A stretch of DNA of 64,000 nt. Origin: Paraspadella gotoi (lineage: Eukaryota > Animalia > Chaetognatha). The notes beneath the pieces were generated by a model, which was not told where the DNA came from, did no database searches, and saw nothing but the letters and a program-made list of their open reading frames with translations. The DNA lies in contig CM119270.1 of the NCBI GenBank assembly GCA_051294375.1, positions 20,854,417-20,918,416 on the forward strand, written 5' to 3'. The stretch's first letter is position 1, and each line of letters starts with the position of its first letter. Positions 38,371-51,950 of the stretch are shown in pieces. The position numbers and the translations under genes were made by a program.

Positions 38371-39789
38371 GTGATTAAGCGACGACGGGCGATGATTGTT
38401 GTCGTCGTTGTCGTTGTTGTTGTTGTCGTTGTTGTTTTTATTATTTGGCAGGCGAAGAGCGAAGGGCGATCATTTACTGAGTTGGGAATATGAGAAAGAA
38501 TTTTGTTGTTGTTGTTGTTTTTGTTCGTCTTATAGATTTGATTTTTCTAGTAATGATGTTTGAAATTACTCATTCTTTGCTTTTTTGAGAAAAATGGCGA
38601 AATAATAAAATACAAATACAAAATACAAAAATATATATTAAGCAATCAATCAAGCAATCAAACAAACGCTTCTCGGAAACAGTAACAACCACAGTTTATG
38701 ATTTATGTTACATGATTTCAATACGAAAATAAGAAATATCATATCCGCCTCCTCTTAAATTTTCCAGCAATATTAAAGGTTTTATTTCTACATTCATCTT
38801 TTTTTTTCTCAGAGGTCATATCTTATTTTCATTCCTCATTTTATATCTTTTTCGATGTAGAAATAAAGGCTCTGTTTTCTAAATGCCCCCATTTCTGTAC
38901 CTTAATCCCTGAACTTAATTTTAAATTTAATATTTAACCATATTTATGCATAAATTAATTTTAATCTTAATATTTAAGCATTGCTATAACCAAACCTATT
39001 TCGAAATATCTCACCCTCAAGTTTAACCTTAAGATAATCCTGAAATCTATCCTTAATCCACGATATTTATCTCTAACCGACGACTTCCTAACCCTGATCA
39101 CTAACCCTAATTTTAAGCCTGTAAACTTAATCGTATAACTTAATTACTTATTTTAAATTTTTAAGATGAATCGGGTCGTCTTGAATACTCGATTAAACAA
39201 GATGAGCTTGTTCTCCCCCCTTTTTTTTTTTTTCTCAATCCGATTTTTTGTCTCTATTCTCTAAATAGATGCAGTTGCGCGGTCTTAATTGGCCTTGGCT
39301 GCGATTTTGGTTTTCGTCCTCGGATACGAAACTAAACTCTTTCGATTGCGGCCAAAGATATTCGTAGAAGAGAGACAAAAAACACTTAGACAAAGATAAA
39401 TAAATATAAAAGATTTAAAACAAAGAGTGCTTTTATATTTATTTTTTTTAGATTTTGTAGAATGTATTTCTGTCCTTTTTTTATTATTTTCTTGAATTTC
39501 AAGAATTCTATATGCGAAGTAATGGATTTTTCTGGATATAAAAAATTGTATGGTTAGTTTTTTTTTCAATGATGTGTTGGTTATCTCTTTGTTTTAATAT
39601 AATCGAATACCTAATGCAGAATGTAATCGAGTGTAAATACGTAATAATCACTCTGCTTTCGCGTCTCTCGTTCAACTCGTCGCCCGGGCGTCCGGTCGTG
39701 CCGTCGTATTACAGGGCTAACTCTAGACGCCGCTCCATCTTTGCTCCGTCGTTTCGTGCTGTCGTCTGTCAGTCTCCAATTGCTCTCCG

Positions 39790-40530
39790 TGCGGATGTAA
39801 CCTGAGCATGCGCTCTCGTTCCGCTCGGTCGTCGTCGGTCCGTGCGTCGTTCTTCCAATTTGGTGTTCACTCTCAGTCGCGAGGGACTCGTCAACGCAGT
39901 GCGCGCCTCCCGCATTCTTGCGTCCGTTCGTGCGTCGTCGTTCGTCGTCTTGTCTTCCAAGTTCCTGCGGTCATCTCGATCGCGGGGACCTCGTTCAACC
40001 CAGGGCCTCCCGCATTGCTATCAGTCGTCGCGTCTGTGCGTCGTCGGTCCGTCGTCCGCACTCCCGTCGTCGTCGGTCTTCCAATCTCGATGGTCATTCT
40101 CAGCCAGCCGGGAGCTCGTCAAGCCGTGGCGCTCCCGCGCATCTCGTCGACGTCGGTCGCGTCTGTCGCGTCGTCATAGCGTCGTCTTCCAATTGTGGGG
40201 TTCATTCTCAGTCGCGGGGATCGGTCAACCCTGGCGCCTCGAGATTACTGCTGGTGTCGTATGCATTACGTCGCTGCGATTTCCCGTCGGCTCGCGTCGC
40301 TCATGTCATTCCACGAGTCACTAATGCTTGAGCTAGCGTAGACAAGTCCATTCCGCGTACGGCCAGTACGCTCACTATATAGCCTTTAAGTAGGTGCGAT
40401 GACCGCCGAACGAATATCACAGGCCTCGCTATGAGCCAGAACGACTTACACTCATATGGAGCTTAGTAGGGTGGATGACGGAAAATATCACAGGGCCTCG
40501 GTCTATCGAGCGCCAGAAGCGACTCCTTTT
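39790..40530 (+). mobile_element. Same element family, right end: 63-bp core/(GTC)n array followed by a duplicated end motif
   Basis: About 4 noisy cores, then GATGACGGAAAATATCACAGGGCC at 40474-40497 (degenerate copy ~40398-40425), the near reverse complement of the 43392 motif. Mirror copy at 51365-51950. Confidence 0.6.
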
Positions 40531-43391
40531 CTCTCTTTTAATAGGTAATTGAGGCCAACATCCCACCCACTACCAGAGAATCCGTGTTTGACTCTAATAA
40601 TGACTAAAAACTTTAATCCTTCTCATTTCTAAGGTTCATACTCTATTAACACAATATTTTTTAAAAATCTTACAAAAAAAAAGGGATTTATGCCTGTAAT
40701 ATAAATATTATGGTTTCACTTTATATAAGTCTGCGTGATTAACTTTTTCTTAAAGTTATTTGCTTTTTCTTCTTTGTTGCTTTTATCTTCTTTTTTATTT
40801 TAAGAATCGTCTACTACAATATGCAACATGAGATTATAACCGTTGCATGGTTTTTAGTTGAATATAAATCGTAGGCGGAGTTGAAACAACCGGGAAAAGT
40901 TTTTTAATGGTTGACAGACGATCTTATATTTGAGATTGAAAGTCCAAGTGTCTTCATACTCAATGACTTTATTGTTAATGGTTAACCTCTGCTTCCTGTC
41001 CTCTCCTCTCTCTCCTTCACTCCACAAAAGAATTTAATTTCTTTCTTTCCCTGCATCATCTTCCTCTCCTCTCTCTCTCTCTCATCATCCCAAAGTCATT
41101 TTAGATAACATGAAATTGTTGAATTTGTCATACGCACTCGGATGAACAGCTTGAACGTCAATAAGACTTCGTCTTTATATCTCACATAAACTCAAACACA
41201 AGTGGCAAAGCAAAGTTTAATCACAACGATTTTATTATACATTGCAGTGAAACAGAAGAATGTTCGTCCTCTTACATTTTTTGAGTCTCTCATCACTCAT
41301 CAGCGCTGTTAGGGGACAACCTTTCCCACAAGACATAAGTTGGTGAGATAGAGATCTAGAGAAAGAAAAGACGAGACGAGAGAGAGCAGAGAGAAGAGTT
41401 CCAACAAGGAAATTGAAGAAATTACCGCGGGAGAAGGAAACATGTCAGATGTAAGGACAGGTGAAGATTAAGGACGGCCAAAGGGAAGAAGTACAGTTGT
41501 GTTTTTGCTGAATTGTGTAAAATAACGTCCGCGAATGAGAGGAGAGACGACTTGGACGAGAAACAGAACAGAATTTTAAGTTCAACAAGCGATTTCAAAA
41601 GATTATCAGTCTAGGTTAAAACTTGAAATTGAAAATTAACTTAAGATAAATAAAACTACATAACAATAACACTAATCAACCTCAAACATATTGGTTTAGT
41701 TAATGCTTTTAAAGGTATGAGGCGAGGATGAGCGACAAGCGAGGAAGCATTGCCACAATCCACGCCAAAAACTCATTCCCGTCTCATTCGTTTCCCACGT
41801 GGGAGTGAACTGATCCTGCGCCATCTATAAAGAGAGGAGAGAGAGAGAGAGAGAGACAGAAAGAAGAGAGATTGTGAGGTGTCTGAGGTGTGGAGAGAGA
41901 GGCAAAGAGGCGGAAGAAGATGTTGAGTTAGAAAAGAGACTGACAGATACAGACAGAGAAAGAGAGAGAGAGATATACATATATATATATCTCATTTCTC
42001 TCTCTTCTCCCCTTTTCTTTCTTTCTATATGTATAATTGTATAATATAATATATAGATGAGAAGAGAATAGAGAGATTGAGAGAGAGAGGAGTACATACT
42101 GAGCTGAAGTAAAGCAAAAAAAGTAAGTATTAGGTCATTAGGCAACTCAGTGGAAGGTACAAACAAAAAATGTGAGACTCACAATAAAATTAATTTAAGA
42201 TTATCAGACATTTTGACAGATGGCAGAAGAAAATGTTTTGTCATCAGTAAAAAACAAGAATAAATTAATAATATATAACATATATTTCACTTAAAATTTG
42301 CTTTTTGAATTGAATATGAACGTATACTGCATATTTGTCGTGTTACTGTGTTTCCGTTGTGGTTTCTTAAGCAAATATCTATGACTACTGATATTAGTTG
42401 CTTATAACATTTTGCCTGCATAATTCCTAATATTTTTTTATTGATCACCAACTATTTTATTTGTTGGCCGCAAAGTTGATTTTCAACCTTTTTTTATAGT
42501 TAATTATATATAAAATAAAATTCGAAGATTACTGTTTGTTTATCTTATATCTCTTTTGATATTTTAAAACCGAAGGAATCCGCTTTAACTAGTAAGACGA
42601 ATATGAAAACTGACTATAAAGTACATTTAAAGCGTACACTAGAACCCTAGGTAACGAGATGTTCAATGCAGTTTCGATATTTCAAACAATTAATTTGATC
42701 TTGACCTCCTAGATAATATATTTGGTTTTCTTAGAAAGAAAATAATTTTTTTAAAAAATAGATATCGATGAAAAGCTTAAAAATATATCTTTTTAAATCC
42801 TTATATATTTATTAAATCACTGAGTTTAGGTTATTTATTTTAGTCAATATAATTAAAAATGAATTTAACTTTATCTTAATTTGCATGAACTAGTCAACTG
42901 TGAGGCCATTTCTTTCTTAAATGGAAAAACCGCAAAAAACCGCAACAGGGGAATAAATGGGAATACTCCTGACTATTAAATACATCCAAGTTATTTCGTT
43001 TAACCCTAGTTAACCAGACCTTAAAGATGAAATTTGGAACTTAAAGGAAAGAAAGTACTAGAAAATGAGTTGTCATTGCATGCCACTGTATTCCAGTATG
43101 TCGACTTTAAATCATTGAAAGAGAATGTCAGCAGAAACCCTATGAAAAGAGCTTCCGATAATCGTAGAAAGAAGTAAATATTTTTTTCAAAATAAACTAT
43201 TTTACCTTTAAGGTTAAAGTCGCCATGTCGAAAAAAAGATAGTAAAAAATCAATTTATGTCGAAATGACAATTGTAAACAAAAAATCACCATGACAACAA
43301 ACCAAATAGCTAAGGCAATATCGCGGCTCAGAAAACTTTAAATTAAACGCAACTTTACGAAAATCTATTGAATCTTAGCTGGATAAAGTTT

Positions 43392-44325
43392 GGCCCGGGA
43401 TATTTTCCGTCATCAGGTAACAGGTGCGTGGCGCCCGCCCGCATTCGTCGTCGTCGTCGTCGTCGTCGTCGTCTTCCCAATTTGGGTCAATTCTCAGTCG
43501 CGGGACTGCGTCAACCCGTGGGCGCCTCTCCGCATTTTCGTTCTCTGTCGTCGTGTCGTTCGTCGTCGTCGTGTCGTCTTCCTCTCAATTGTGGTCATTC
43601 TCAGTCGCGGGGACTCGTCAAATCCCGTGGCGCCTCCCGCATTCTGTCGTTCCGTCGTCGATCGTCGGCGGTCGTCAGTCGTCGTTCTTACAATTTGGGT
43701 CATTTCAGTCGCGGATCGTCAGAACTCCGTGGCGCCTCCCAGCATCTTTTTGTCGTCGTACGTCGTCGTCGTCGTCGTCGTCTTCAATTTGGGTCATTCT
43801 CATCGTCGGGACTCGTCAACTCCGTGGCGCCTCCGCTTACGTTCGTTCGTCGTCGTCTCATCGTCGTCTCGTCGGTTCCCAATTTGGTCATTTTCAGTCG
43901 CGGGGACTCGTCATACTCCGTGGCGCCTCCCGGGCATATCCTGCGTCGTCTCGTCGTCGTCTTCGTCGTCCTGTTCTTCCAATTTGGGTCATCTCCATGT
44001 AGCGGGGACTCGTCACCCGTGGGGCTGCCTCCCGCACTTGCGTTTCCGTCGCGTCGTCGATCGTCGTGTCTTCGTCGTCGTCATTTCCATATTGGGATCA
44101 GTTCTGGCTGGTGGGACGTCGTCAACCCGTGGCGCGCTCCGCATTCTCTTCTGCGCGTTCCGTCTCGTCGTCGTCTCTTCCATTTGGTCATTCTCAGTCG
44201 GCTGGGATCGTCAACCCGTGGCGCCTCCCGCATTCTTCGTCGTCGTCGTCGTCGTCGTCGTCTGTCTTCAATTTGGGTCACTCTCAGTCGCGGGACTCGT
44301 CAACCCGTGGCGCCTCCCGCATCTT

Positions 44326-44363
<38 letters not shown>

Positions 44364-44560
44364 TTCAAATTTGGGTCATTCTCAGTTCGCTCTGGGGACT
44401 TCGTCTAACTGGGCCGTGGCGCTCCCGCATTCTTTTCGTCGTCGTCGTCGTCGTCCGTGCGTCGTCGTCTTCCATTTTGGGTACATTCTCAGTCGCGGGA
44501 CTCGTCCAACCCATGCCCTCCCGCATTCCTTCGTCGTCGTCTCGTCGTCGTCGTCGTCTC
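43392..44560 (+). mobile_element. Inverted-repeat-bounded element, left end, plus array of ~63-bp core units separated by (GTC)n
   Basis: GGCCCGGGATATTTTCCGTCATC at 43392-43414, then about 11 copies of TTCCAATTTGGGTCATTCTCAGTCGCGGGGACTCGTCAACCCGTGGCGCCTCCCGCATTC. Mirror copy at 47460-48674. Confidence 0.65.
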
Positions 44561-46023
44561 GTCATCATCATCTCATCATCTTCATCCAGCTCACGCAACT
44601 TAATTCAGTCGAAACGTTTTCCTTCCAAAAGACTGAAAATGAAGGACTCGTCGCCTGTTTGAGATGATCGCCTGATTAAGAGGATCGCCTGATTAAGACG
44701 ATTGATGATGAGAGGCGCTGTGTGAGCCAAATAATGCTTCCTGTGTGTGTGGGAGGACGAGTGAAGATTCGCGCCAAAAATCAGTGACGTGACTCGTTGT
44801 TTACGTTGGAGTTTTAAACTTGAAAATATCACAACTTTTAAAAATTTAACCCCAAAAAAATGTACTAGTAAATATTTTTAATTGCCAATTATCAAAGACA
44901 ATGCAACAAAAAAATCGGAGTAATAACCGAGCACGGCCTGGCAATAGTCTGGGGCAACTTTTCTTATTTAATAAAGTAAATGCATATTTTTATTTTGTTT
45001 ATTCTAAATTCGTAAATTAAAACAACAACTAAGACGAAAAATTGCGGAAATTGCTGTGATTATGAATGAAGTAGCATCTTGGAAAATGAATAAGTCGTAA
45101 GTTTCCCAAAAGTCTTGAGAGGACTGGGTCCCGAAAGTCTTTGAGAGGACTGGGACCCTAAAGTCTTGAGAGGAGACCCCGAAGGGCTGTTTGCAGCCTT
45201 CAGGGATTTCGACCCCAACGCATCTCATGCATAAAAACAATTCGATCCTTTGATCCCAAAGCGACGACGAAAGAAAAGAAAGAAAAGAAAGTGTAATAAA
45301 AAAGAAAAGAAAGAAAAGAAAGAAAAGAAAGAAAAGAAAGAAAAGAAAGAAAAGAAAGAAAAGAAAGAAAAGAAAGAAAAAGAAAATAGAAAAGATAGAA
45401 AAAGAAAGTGAAGAAAACAAATTGAGAGGGAAAATAAAATAAAATGAAGAGGAGGAGAAAACGAAATGAGACAAATGAAGCGAAGGAAATGAATTAGTCC
45501 ATTTAATCGTTTATTCTTCGTCTTATTTTTCTTTTTCATCATTATTTGTTTTATTTGTCGTCGTCGTTGTTGTTGTTGTTGTTTTGATTTTCATGTGGGA
45601 AACCGAAAAGGGGAAAAAGAAAACGTGTTTACGACTTCGACGAAACAGTTTTTTTTTTCCGCGACGAAAGAAGATGAAAACAGTTTTTGACGATTTTTTT
45701 GACGGTTTTTTTGACGGTTTTTCTCCGCCTTTTGCTCTTTCCTCGGCCTCGGGATTTTTTTTGTCGGAAAAGATTTCGCGGTTCTGTGCGTTCGTCCGGG
45801 GGCGGGGGGGAGAGGCGATCTGGGAGGGAGGATATTAGATTTCCTATGCACCAAAAAAAAAACAACAAAAAAAAAAACACCAAACAACAAAAAAAAGAAA
45901 AAAAAAAGAAGAAAAATAAAAAGAAAAAACCTCAAGCAAAATAACCAAAAGAAGCGCCAGAAATGGCCAAAACCAGATAAGGTCTTTTTTTTTTTGAGTT
46001 TTATTATAAAGCGAATGTATTAG

Positions 46024-46308
46024 CCTAAATTGGTAGGGCAAAGTTTCCATCAAGATGGACAGAATATGCATATTTCCTAGTGTCCAAGTCAAAGACTCAG
46101 GGGTAACTGGTTCTTCTTTGTGGATTCGGCCCAAGTATAATTGTATATTTCCAATGCAAATGGATCTCGAATATTTGTTAAGATTAGCAATTGTTCGAAC
46201 TCGGGTGTGTCCGTTAGTCAGACTATCAATATTCAGTTGATCTGACGAGAAAAATCGAATCCATTTCTCTCTCAAAAGTCGCATCAACGGAATCCTACCA
46301 AACAAAAA
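46024..46308 (-). CDS. Putative coding exon fragment of unknown product (FLFGRIPLMRLLREKWIRFF...METLPYQFR; frame uncertain)
   Basis: Complex open frame after a TTTTTTTCTCCCGATTTGAACAG acceptor-like site. A second, noisy copy at ~59205-59660 continues to a T|GTAAGC donor-like site. Confidence 0.3.
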
Positions 46309-49300
46309 CTGTTCAAATCGGGAGAAAAAAAATTACTCAAAAAACCGTCAAAAAAACGTCAAAAAACCGTCAAAAAATCGTCAAAACTGTTTTCATCTTC
46401 TTTCGTCGCAGAGAAAAAAACTGTTTTGTACGAAGTTCGTAAACACGTTTTCTTTTCCCTTTTTCGAGTTTCCCACATGAAAAGGCAAAACAACAACAAC
46501 AACAACACGACGACGACAAATAAAACAAATTAATGATGAAAAAAGAAAATAAGACAAGAATAAACGATTAATGGACAATTCATTTCCTTCGCTTACTTTG
46601 TCTCATTTGTTTCTCTCCTCTTCATTTTTTATTTCCCTCTCATTTTTTTCTTCACTTTCTTTTTCTATCTTTTATTTTCTTTTCTTTCTTTTCTTTCTTT
46701 TCTTTCTTTTCTTTTTTTTCTTTCTTTCTTTCTTTTCTTTCTTTCTTTTTATAACTTTCTTTTCTTTCTTTCTTTCGTCGTCGTTTGGGATCTAGGAGAA
46801 TTGTTTTTATGCATGAGATGCGTTGGGGGTGAAATCCCGAAGGCTGCAACAGCCTCGGTCTCTCTCAAGACTTTAGGGTCAGTCTCTCAAAGACTTTCGG
46901 ACCCATCCTCTCAAGATTTTTGGGAAACTACGACTTATTCATTTTCCAAGATGCTCTCGTCATCAATAACACAGCAATTCGCATTTTTCTCTTAGGTTGT
47001 TGTTTTAATTACGAAGTTAGAATAACAAAATAAAATTATGCATTACTTTATTAAATAAGTTTGCCCAACTATTGCAGGCCGCGCTTCGGTTATTACTCCG
47101 ATTTTTTTTTTGTTGCCATTGGTCTTTGATAATTGGCAATTTAAAAATATTTACTAGAGTAATTTAAGTACATTTTTTTGGGTTAAATTTTTAAAAGTTT
47201 GTGATATTTTCAAGTTTAAAACTCAACGTAAACAACGAGTCACGTCACTGATTTTTGGCGCGAATCTTCACTCGTCCCCCACACACACAGAAGCATTATT
47301 TGGTCACACAGCGCCCTCTCACAGGAGATCGTCTTAATAGCGATCCTCTTAATCAGGCGATCATCTTAAACAGGCGACTGTCCTTCATTTCAGTCTTTTG
47401 GAGGAAAACGTTTCGACTGAATTAAGTTGCGTGAGCTGGATGAAGATGATGAGATGATGATGACGAGACGACGACGACGACGAGACGACGACGAAGGAAT
47501 GCGGGAGGGCATGGGTTGGACGAGTCCCGCGACTGAGAATGTACCCAAAATGGAAGACGACGACGCACGGACGACGACGACGACGACGAACAAGAATGCG
47601 GGAGAGCGCCACGGCAGTTGACGATCAGTCCCCAAAGACGAACTGAGAATGAACCCAAACTTTGAAGACGACCGACGACGACGACGACGACGACGACGAC
47701 CGACGAAAATGCCGGTGAAGCAGCACACAGGCGTTGACGAGTCCCCCAGCGACTAGAGAATGACCCAAATTCGGAAGACGCTACGACGACGACAGACGAC
47801 GCACGAAAGAATGCGGGAGGCGCCACGGCACGTTGGGACGGTCCCGCGACTGAGAATGACCCAAATTGGAACCGAGACGACGACGAGACGGACGCGAGAA
47901 AGAATGCGGAGCGCGCCACGGGTTAGACGACGTCCGCACCAGCGAACTGATCCCAATATGAGAACAAATGGACGAGAGACAGACGACGACGATGACGACC
48001 GACGACGGACAAGCAAATGCGGGAGAGCAAGCCCAACGGAAGTTGACGCAGTCCCCGCAAACATGCAGATGACCCAAATTGAGAAGACAGGACGACGAGA
48101 CGACGACTGACGGACGACGAGAATGCGGGAGAGCGCCACGGAGGTATGACGAGTCCCCGCGACTGAGAAAATGACCAAATTGGAGAACGATCGACGACGA
48201 CGATGACTGACGACGACGACAGAAAGTAATGCGGAGGCGCCACGGAGTTGACGAGTCCCGACGGACTGAGAATGACCCCAAATTGGAAAGACGACGACGA
48301 CGACGACGACGAAGAAAAACAAGTGCTGGGAGGCGCCACGGAGTTGCGATCCGCGACTGAGAATGACCCAAATTGAGACGAGACGACTGACGTACCCGAC
48401 GACGAATACGACGACGGAACGACACGAAGATGCGGGAGGGCGCCACGGGTTTGACGAGTCCCGCGACTGAGAATGACCAAATTGGAGAAGACGACCGACG
48501 ACGCGACGACGAGAACGACGACAGACGAGAAAATGCGGAGAGGCGCCCACGGGTTTGACGCAGTCCCGCACTGAGAATGACCCAAATTGGGAAGACGACG
48601 AGACGACGACGACGACCGAGCGAATGCGGAGCCGCCACGCACCTGTTACCTGATGACGGAAAATATCCCGGGCCAAACTTTATCCAGCTAAGATTCAATA
48701 GATTTTCGTAAAGTTGCGTTTAATTTAAAGTTTTCTGAGCCGCGATATTGCCTTAGCTATTTGGTTTGTTGTCATGGTGATTTTTTGTTTACAATTGTCA
48801 TTTCGACATAAATTGATTTTTTACTATCTTTTTTTCGACATGGCGACTTTAACCTTAAAGGTAAAATAGTTTATTTTGAAAAAAATATTTACTTCTTTCT
48901 ACGATTATCGGAAGCTCTTTTCATAGGGTTTCTGCTGACATTCTCTTTCAATGATTTAAAGTCGACATACTGGAATACAGTGGCATGCAATGACAACTCA
49001 TTTTCTAGTACTTTCTTTCCTTTAAGTTCCAAATTTCATCTTTAAGGTCTGGTTAACTAGGGTTAAACGAAATAACTTGGATGTATTTAATAGTCAGGAG
49101 TATTCCCATTTATTCCCCTGTTGCGGTTTTTTGCGGTTTTTCCATTTAAGAAAGAAATGGCCTCACAGTTGACTAGTTCATGCAAATTAAGATAAAGTTA
49201 AATTCATTTTTAATTATATTGACTAAAATAAATAACCTAAACTCAGTGATTTAATAAATATATAAGGATTTAAAAAGATATATTTTTAAGCTTTTCATCG

Positions 49301-51733
49301 ATATCTATTTTTTAAAAAAATTATTTTCTTTCTAAGAAAACCAAATATATTATCTAGGAGGTCAAGATCAAATTAATTGTTTGAAATATCGAAACTGCAT
49401 TGAACATCTCGTTACCTAGGGTTCTAGTGTACGCTTTAAATGTACTTTATAGTCAGTTTTCATATTCGTCTTACTAGTTAAAGCGGATTCCTTCGGTTTT
49501 AAAATATCAAAAGAGATATAAGATAAACAAACAGTAATCTTCGAATTTTATTTTATATATAATTAACTATAAAAAAAGGTTGAAAATCAACTTTGCGGCC
49601 AACAAATAAAATAGTTGGTGATCAATAAAAAAATATTAGGAATTATGCAGGCAAAATGTTATAAGCAACTAATATCAGTAGTCATAGATATTTGCTTAAG
49701 AAACCACAACGGAAACACAGTAACACGACAAATATGCAGTATACGTTCATATTCAATTCAAAAAGCAAATTTTAAGTGAAATATATGTTATATATTATTA
49801 ATTTATTCTTGTTTTTTACTGATGACAAAACATTTTCTTCTGCCATCTGTCAAAATGTCTGATAATCTTAAATTAATTTTATTGTGAGTCTCACATTTTT
49901 TGTTTGTACCTTCCACTGAGTTGCCTAATGACCTAATACTTACTTTTTTTGCTTTACTTCAGCTCAGTATGTACTCCTCTCTCTCTCAATCTCTCTATTC
50001 TCTTCTCATCTATATATTATATTATACAATTATACATATAGAAAGAAAGAAAAGGGGAGAAGAGAGAGAAATGAGATATATATATATGTATATCTCTCTC
50101 TCTCTTTCTCTGTCTGTATCTGTCAGTCTCTTTTCTAACTCAACATCTTCTTCCGCCTCTTTGCCTCTCTCTCCACACCTCAGACACCTCACAATCTCTC
50201 TTCTTTCTGTCTCTCTCTCTCTCTCTCTCCTCTCTTTATAGATGGCGCAGGATCAGTTCACTCCCACGTGGGAAACGAATGAGACGGGAATGAGTTTGGC
50301 GTGGATTTGGCAATGCTTTCGTTGTGTATTGTATATTTAAAAAGCATTACTAAACCAATTGTTTGGTTATTAGTTATTGTTATTAGTTTATTTATCTTAG
50401 TAATTTTCAATTTCAAGTTTACCTAACTACTATCTTTTGTTTGTACATTAAAATCGTTGTTTCTCTCTCTCTCTCTCTCTTCACTTTTCACAATTTCAAA
50501 AAACAAACTTACTTCCCCTTTTTGCCGTCCTTAATCTTCACCTGTCCTTACATCTGACCATGTCCTTCTCTAATTCTTTTGTTGGAAACTCCTCTCTCTC
50601 TCTCTCTCTCTCTCTTCTTCTCTATCTCTATCTCACCAACTTATGTCTTGAAAGTTGTCCCCTAACACGCTGATGATGATGAAGACTCAAAAATGTAAGA
50701 GACGAACATTTCTGTCACTGAATGTATAATAAAATCGTTGTGATTAACTTTCTTTCATTGTGTTTGAGTTTATTGAGATTAAAGACGAAGTCTTATTACG
50801 TTCAGCTTTCATCATGCTATGACAATTCACAATTCATGTTAATCTAAAATGACTTTGGGAGAGAGAGAGAGAGAGAGGAGATGAGATGATGAGGGAAAAA
50901 AGAAATTAATTTTTGTGAGTGAGAGAGAGAGGAGAGGACAGGAAGCAGAGGTTAACATTAAAATAAATCATTGATTGTAATAAGACTTGGACTTTAATCT
51001 CAAATAATAAAATCGTTGTCAACCATTAAAAAACTTTTCGTTTTCAACTCCGCTACGTTTATATTCACTAAAACCATGAACGGTTATAATCTCATTTGCA
51101 TATTGTATTTAGAGATTTTAAAAATAAAAAAGAAGAAAAACAAACAAAAAGAAACAAATATTTAAAGAAAAAGTTAATACAACTTATATAAATGAAACCA
51201 TAATATTATATTACAGCATAAAATCCCTTTTTTTTTAAATTTTTAAAACAAATATTTAATAGATATGAACTTAGAAATGAGAAGATTAAAGTTTTTAGTC
51301 ATATTAATCAAACGGATTCTGGAAGTGGTGGGATGTTGGCTCAATTACCTATTAAAAGAAAAAAAGGAGTCGTTCTGGCTCGATAGAGAGGCCTGTGATT
51401 ATTTTCCGTCATCCACCCTACTAAAGCTCATATAGCTGTAGTCGTTCGGTCGATAGGGGCCTGTGATATTTTCCGTCATCCACCTACTAAGCTATATAGT
51501 GCACGGGTTGACGAGTCCCGGACTGAGAATGACCAAATGGAAGACGACGACGACGACGACGACGACGAAGACGACGACGAGAATTCGGGAGGCGCCACGG
51601 TTACGAGTCCCCGCGACTGAGAATGACCCAAATTGGAAGACGACGAGACGACGGACGAACGACGACGACGTCGAAGAGCGCGGGAGCGCCACGGGTTGAC
51701 GAGTCCCGCGGCTGAGAATGACCATAATTGGAA

Positions 51734-51764
<31 letters not shown>

Positions 51765-51919
51765 CGACGACGAAGAATGCGGGAGGCCACGGGTTGACGA
51801 GTCCCCGCGACTGAGATGACCCAAATTGGAAGACACGACGAAGACGACGACGACGGACGAGAATGCGGGGAGGCGCACTGTTTGACGATCCCCGCGACTG
51901 AGATGACCCAAATTGGAAA

Positions 51920-51950
<31 letters not shown>

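Noticed and set aside
43440-44530. CRISPR array
   Set aside because: Spacers are (GTC)n microsatellite rather than unique sequence, the repeat is ~63 nt, there are no cas genes, and the context is eukaryotic.
45724-46338. PacBio SMRTbell adapter at the palindrome centre
   Set aside because: No adapter sequence seen; the spacer is genomic-looking sequence.
47490-48630. Tandem hammerhead (TTGACGA-GTC..GAC) or HDV-like ribozymes in the 63-bp core
   Set aside because: No GAAA after the putative stem II; HDV L3, P1.1, P4 and catalytic C are absent.
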